A DNA stretch of 64,000 nucleotides from Porticoccaceae bacterium (GTDB lineage: Bacteria; Pseudomonadota; Gammaproteobacteria; Pseudomonadales; Porticoccaceae): contig JBFWOQ010000006.1 in assembly GCA_050250395.1 (NCBI GenBank), forward strand, positions 7,231 through 71,230, read 5' to 3'. Position 1 is the first letter of the stretch; every line of letters begins with the position of its first letter. The notes below the pieces were generated by a model. That model did not search any database. It had not been told where the DNA came from and was given only the letters and a program-made list of their open reading frames with translations. The translations under genes and the position numbers were made by a program. Positions 60,073-64,000 of the stretch are shown piece by piece.

Positions 60073-61854
60073 ATGAATCGTACCGTTTCGATCACCGCTC
60101 CCACCACCGCTACCGTTGCCCGGATGGATGTGGTGATCGGTGCGGCGGTCAGCGCCGGCGAGACACTCGGTCTGCTGGTCACGGCGGCGGGCGAGCTGCC
60201 GGTGCGCAGCGCCGCCGCGGGAATCGTCAAGGATATTTACGTTGCCCTGGGCGACAGCGTGCCCGAGAACGGGCCGATTTGCGCGATCCGCCTGACTGGC
60301 AAGCGCCGGCCGGTGCGCCCCGCGCCACCGCCGGATCTCGCGGACAAACACGCACTGTTGCAACAGCAGCGCGCGCGCTTGCGCACCACGCTGGACGCCG
60401 GCCGCGCGACTGCCGTGGCCAAGCGCCGGGAACGCGGCTACCGTACCGCGCGGGAGAACCTCGCCGATCTGTGCGATACGGATTCGTTTCAGGAATACGG
60501 CCAGCTCGCGGTGGCCGCCCAGCGCCAGCGCCGCGACTTCGGCGATCTCGCGGTCAACACCGCCGCCGACGGCGTCATCACCGGGCTCGCCACCATCAAC
60601 GCGGATCTGTTTACCGGCGACCAGGCGCGAGCGGTGGTCATCGTCAACGACTACACCGTGCTCGCCGGCACCCAGGGTTATTTCCATCACCGCAAGCTGG
60701 ACCGCGCCATGGCACTCGCGCGTGAACTGCGCCTGCCGGTGGTGATGTACACCGAGGGCGGCGGCGGCCGACCCGGCGACACCGATCAGGTCGCGGGCAT
60801 GGATGTGACCACCTTTGCCCTGTGGGGCGCGCTCGCCAGCGTGGTGCCGCGCATCGCGGTCAACAACGGCTACTGCTTCGCGGGCAACGCCGCGCTGTTC
60901 GGCTGCGCCGACATCACGGTGGCGACCCGCCAATCCTGGATCGGCATGGCCGGGCCGGCGATGATCGAGGGCGGCGGCATGGGCGTGTATCCGCCGACCG
61001 CCATCGGCCCTATCGAAGTGCAGACCGCCACCGGCGTCATCGACGTGCTGGCGGAGGACGAGCGCGACGCGACGCCGCTCGCGCGGCAACTGCTGGGTTA
61101 TTTCCAGGGGCCGATCGACGTCTGGCGCTGCGCCGACCAGCATCTGTTGTGGGAGCTGATGCCGGCGGATCGCCGCTATACCTACGATGTGCGCCGCATC
61201 GTCACCACGCTGGCGGACACCGACTCCTTCATCGAGATTCGCCCGCATTACGGCAAGACCGTCATCACCGGCCTGCTGCGCATCGAGGGCAAGCCCTTCG
61301 GGCTGATCTGCAACGACTGCCGCGTGCTCGGCGGCGCCATCGATACCCAGGGCGCGGCGAGCGCCGCGCGCTTTCTGAAACTCTGCGACGACTTCGCGCT
61401 GCCGGTACTGTCGCTGGTGGATACGCCGGGCTTCATGGTTGGCCCGGAGAGCGAAACCGAAGGCGCGGTGCGCATCATGGCCGACCTGTTCACCGCCGGC
61501 GCGCGTCTGCGCTCGCCGCTGGTGGCGATCTTCCTGCGCAAAGGCTACGGCCTCGGCGCCATTGCCATGACCGGCGGCAGTTTCTCCAGGCCGATCTATT
61601 CCGCCGCCTGGCCCACCGGCGAGTTCGGCGCCATGGGGCTCGAGGGCGCGGTGCATCTCGGTTTCAAGAAAGAACTTGACGCCGCCGCGAATGAGGCCGA
61701 GCGCGAGGCTTTGTTCGCCAGACTGATCGGCGCGCTCTACGACCGCGGCAAGGCCACGGAAGCCGCCACCCATCTGGAAATCGACGCCGTGATCGAGCCG
61801 ATGGATACGCGACAGGTGATCTTGCGGGCCGTGGGAGCGGCGCCGAAGAAATGA
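60073..61854 (+). CDS. Carboxyltransferase-domain protein (acyl-CoA carboxylase beta-like) with an N-terminal biotinyl/lipoyl-like domain that lacks the canonical AMKM lysine
   Basis: Residues 1-70 follow the BCCP fold pattern (ITAPTTATVARMDV..GAAVSAGETLGLLVTAAGELPVRSAAAGIVKDIYVALGDSV), but TAAG replaces EAMK. The rest carries carboxyltransferase motifs (NDYTVLAGTQG, MAGPAMIEGG, VDTPGFMVGP). An alternative ATG at 59965 would add a Pro-rich 36 aa. Confidence 0.8.
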   Translation: MNRTVSITAPTTATVARMDVVIGAAVSAGETLGLLVTAAGELPVRSAAAGIVKDIYVALGDSVPENGPICAIRLTGKRRPVRPAPPPDLADKHALLQQQRARLRTTLDAGRATAVAKRRERGYRTARENLADLCDTDSFQEYGQLAVAAQRQRRDFGDLAVNTAADGVITGLATINADLFTGDQARAVVIVNDYTVLAGTQGYFHHRKLDRAMALARELRLPVVMYTEGGGGRPGDTDQVAGMDVTTFALWGALASVVPRIAVNNGYCFAGNAALFGCADITVATRQSWIGMAGPAMIEGGGMGVYPPTAIGPIEVQTATGVIDVLAEDERDATPLARQLLGYFQGPIDVWRCADQHLLWELMPADRRYTYDVRRIVTTLADTDSFIEIRPHYGKTVITGLLRIEGKPFGLICNDCRVLGGAIDTQGAASAARFLKLCDDFALPVLSLVDTPGFMVGPESETEGAVRIMADLFTAGARLRSPLVAIFLRKGYGLGAIAMTGGSFSRPIYSAAWPTGEFGAMGLEGAVHLGFKKELDAAANEAEREALFARLIGALYDRGKATEAATHLEIDAVIEPMDTRQVILRAVGAAPKK

Positions 61855-61925
61855 ATCGCATAAGGTCGCCGCGCTAACCTGCTCGGCGGACGAGCGTGCA
61901 GCGCTTGCGCGTCCGTCCTTGCGCA

Positions 61926-62573
61926 TCAATTCTTGCGCATCGGCCCTTTGCGCAATAACGCCACATTCCGCCCGGGAAATTCGCACTGCCAGCCGTGACG
62001 TTCGGCCAACTGCCGCAACGTCGTTTCGCGGTAGAACACCACATGGGTGGGATCGCGCGGGTAGTGCCAGTCGGCAAACCGGGTTGCGTCGGTTTGCAGC
62101 TCCGTCATCAGCGCGAGCCAGCCACCCGGCTTCAACAACGCATCGAGTTTTCTGAATTCCTCGGCGGGCCGGTGAAAATGTTCGATCACTTCCGTGCAGG
62201 CGATGAAATCGTAGGTGCGCGCCAGCACCTCCCGGTCGGGCCGAAAAAATGGATCGAACAGCGCGACTTCATGGCCCGCCTCGCGCAGCATCGTCGCGAG
62301 TACCGGCCCCGGACCACAGCCGTAATCCAGCCCTTGACTCGCGAGTGTCAGACGCTCCAGCAACGGCTCGGCGAGACGGGCCAGAAACCGCCGGTAACCG
62401 GCATCCCCGGATTCGTTTCGGTGCAGACGATAGTGGGCGAGCTCGCGGTCCCGATCCGGTAACTGCGCCGGGTCGAGAAAGGTTGCCCGACAGGATTCAC
62501 AGCACCAGTAGTCGCGCGCGCCAACAGACAGAAAAAAACCGACGCTTGGCGCCTCGCACACCGGGCAGCGCAT
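61926..62573 (-). CDS. Class I SAM-dependent methyltransferase with an N-terminal Cys4 zinc-ribbon
   Basis: It has CPVCEAP...CCESC, then the SAM motif LDYGCGPGPVLATML. Confidence 0.8.
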   Translation of the reverse strand: MRCPVCEAPSVGFFLSVGARDYWCCESCRATFLDPAQLPDRDRELAHYRLHRNESGDAGYRRFLARLAEPLLERLTLASQGLDYGCGPGPVLATMLREAGHEVALFDPFFRPDREVLARTYDFIACTEVIEHFHRPAEEFRKLDALLKPGGWLALMTELQTDATRFADWHYPRDPTHVVFYRETTLRQLAERHGWQCEFPGRNVALLRKGPMRKN

Positions 62574-62609
62574 CAGGATGCGGTCGCGGCGCGGCTATCG
62601 CCTGCACGG

Positions 62610-63332
62610 TCAGTGCAGCAGGGTGCCGCCATCGCCGCAGCATTTCTTGTATTTCTTGCCACTGCCACAGGGGCATGGATCGTTGCGCTCGGCAACCGCC
62701 GCCTCGCGCACGAACGGCGAGCGGGTCGGTTGCGAAAACCCTGCCCCGCCGGTGCGCTGTGCCAGCCAATGGGCGTGAATCTCCGCCAGCGCCGGCACGA
62801 TAGCGAGGACCCAGTGCTCGTGATCGTCTTCGCTTTCGACGACTTCCAGGCCCTCGTCGGTGCCCAGCAGCATGAAGGGCGCGAACCAGTCCGGCTGAGC
62901 TTCCATCAACGCGGCCCAGCTTTCTTCATCGAACAAGGTGCCGAGCAGGAAACCCGAACACCATTCGGCGACACCCCAGGCGGGATCGAAGTAAAACAGC
63001 GGCTCGAAATCTTCCGCACTGTCCATGAACTGCCGCGCCAGAGTGTTGAAGTGACGCATCACCAGACCCGTCACTTCGGTTGCCTCTTCGATGGTTTCGA
63101 ATTGGGGCGAGACCTGCGCGTCCTCGATATCCCACACCCAGGGCAACCACTCGGACGGCATCACCAGCCTGGGGCCCACGATCAGCGCGGTCATGAAACC
63201 CTCCAGCATGGCGACATCCATGGCGGTGTCTTCCAGTCCGGGCGAGGCGAGGAATGCGTCGAGGGCGTTGATCTCCCGTTCGCTCAGATCGACATCCAAT
63301 CCGGCGAGGGGGTTACTCGGGTTCTTGACCAT
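62610..63332 (-). CDS. yecA: YecA-family (UPF0149) protein with a C-terminal SEC-C metal-binding motif
   Basis: It has [12 protein letters not shown]...WL in the N-terminal domain and terminates in [16 protein letters not shown]. Confidence 0.8.
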   Translation of the reverse strand: MVKNPSNPLAGLDVDLSEREINALDAFLASPGLEDTAMDVAMLEGFMTALIVGPRLVMPSEWLPWVWDIEDAQVSPQFETIEEATEVTGLVMRHFNTLARQFMDSAEDFEPLFYFDPAWGVAEWCSGFLLGTLFDEESWAALMEAQPDWFAPFMLLGTDEGLEVVESEDDHEHWVLAIVPALAEIHAHWLAQRTGGAGFSQPTRSPFVREAAVAERNDPCPCGSGKKYKKCCGDGGTLLH

Positions 63333-63440
63333 GGCAGGGCCTTCTGAGATCGGTGGAATAGTGTCGTGGTGGGGTTTTCCGCTTACCGCGGCAGGACGAA
63401 AATCCTGCGTCCGCGCGCGATCCGGCGGCGGTCGGTCGCA

Positions 63441-63896
63441 TCACAGGTCGCTGAACCGCAGGGCATCGCGGGCGAGCCGATACTGCTCGTTACTCTCGAT
63501 TTGCCGCAGGCTGCACGCCACCTCGCGAAGCTCATCGAGATCGGCGCGCTCCGCCACTTCCTGGTAAATTTCGCGCAGATATTCGTCCGTCGCCAACGCC
63601 GCAGCAACGACCTCCTCGACGTTGTTGATGTCCACGTCCCGAATCCGCTCCAGCACCGGGTGCGCATCCAGCTCCGGTGAGTATTGCAGCCAGGTATCCA
63701 TGATTCCCCTGGCCGCACCGGCTTCATAGTCCTTGAGCGCTGCCGCCAGATGCCGCTCGTGGCGGTTGAGGTAGTCGAGCATCAGTTGCGCGCGTTCCGA
63801 GGTGGCGAGCTGCTCCAGCTCGGCGTACTGACGCGACAGCGCCTCGTGCAAGTGCCGTGAAAAATCGATGATGTCCTTGATGGTCTTGAAGCGCAT
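63441..63896 (-). CDS. Hypothetical helical protein, 151 aa
   Basis: It is a clean ATG ORF with high third-position GC. I recognise no family. Confidence 0.5.
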   Translation of the reverse strand: MRFKTIKDIIDFSRHLHEALSRQYAELEQLATSERAQLMLDYLNRHERHLAAALKDYEAGAARGIMDTWLQYSPELDAHPVLERIRDVDINNVEEVVAAALATDEYLREIYQEVAERADLDELREVACSLRQIESNEQYRLARDALRFSDL

Positions 63897-64000
63897 GGCT
63901 TTCGTCCTCGCAAGTTTGCATAACTGAAATCGATGTTCCGATTCCGATGGCTTTCAGTCGCAACCCGTACTTTTCCCGTCCATCAGCGCAGCGCCTTGGA

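Overview
This is a GC-rich bacterial chromosome segment. All analysis was by eye, and nothing was computed or searched. Gene order suggests a gammaproteobacterium with Pseudomonas-like synteny: gyrA-pheA-tyrA/aroA-cmk-rpsA-ihfB, mtaD-ubiG-HAD-yciK, rluB-scpB-scpA-yciO, smc-zipA-ligA, hslVU, and a prpB-prpC-acnD-prpF methylcitrate operon.

The only clearly mobile region is at the left end (168..9683). A roughly 9.5-kb element sits in the 3' half of a tRNA-Asn(GTT) gene and is bounded by perfect 46-bp direct repeats. It encodes a DUF4102-type tyrosine integrase, an AlpA-like regulator, a RepA-like AAA ATPase, small and large terminase subunits, several unknown ORFs, a hicBA toxin-antitoxin pair and a truncated portal gene. 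No capsid or tail genes are present. This looks like a decayed, possibly composite, phage-satellite or PICI-like island.

Within the island, a GTGTCCG(C/T)A motif occurs as phased tandem pairs at both ends and directly upstream of terS. A degenerate third tRNA-like att remnant may lie in the middle. An insulated cassette of unknown ORFs sits between terL and hicBA. This cassette is my best candidate for an undescribed accessory system, but the evidence is only contextual.

Other observations outside the island:
- a 170-bp near-perfect long palindrome, possibly a MITE, in the maoC/tetR divergent intergenic region
- short tandem repeats of 13 bp x3, 12 bp x5 and 14 bp x2.6 at gene boundaries
- a DUF1971 gene inserted between acnD and prpF
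- a carboxyltransferase fused to a biotinyl-like domain that lacks the biotinylated lysine
- a PAS-GGDEF-EAL protein with degenerate catalytic motifs

No rRNA, CRISPR array or IS transposase was seen. The many long ORFs antisense to recognisable genes are treated as high-GC artefacts.
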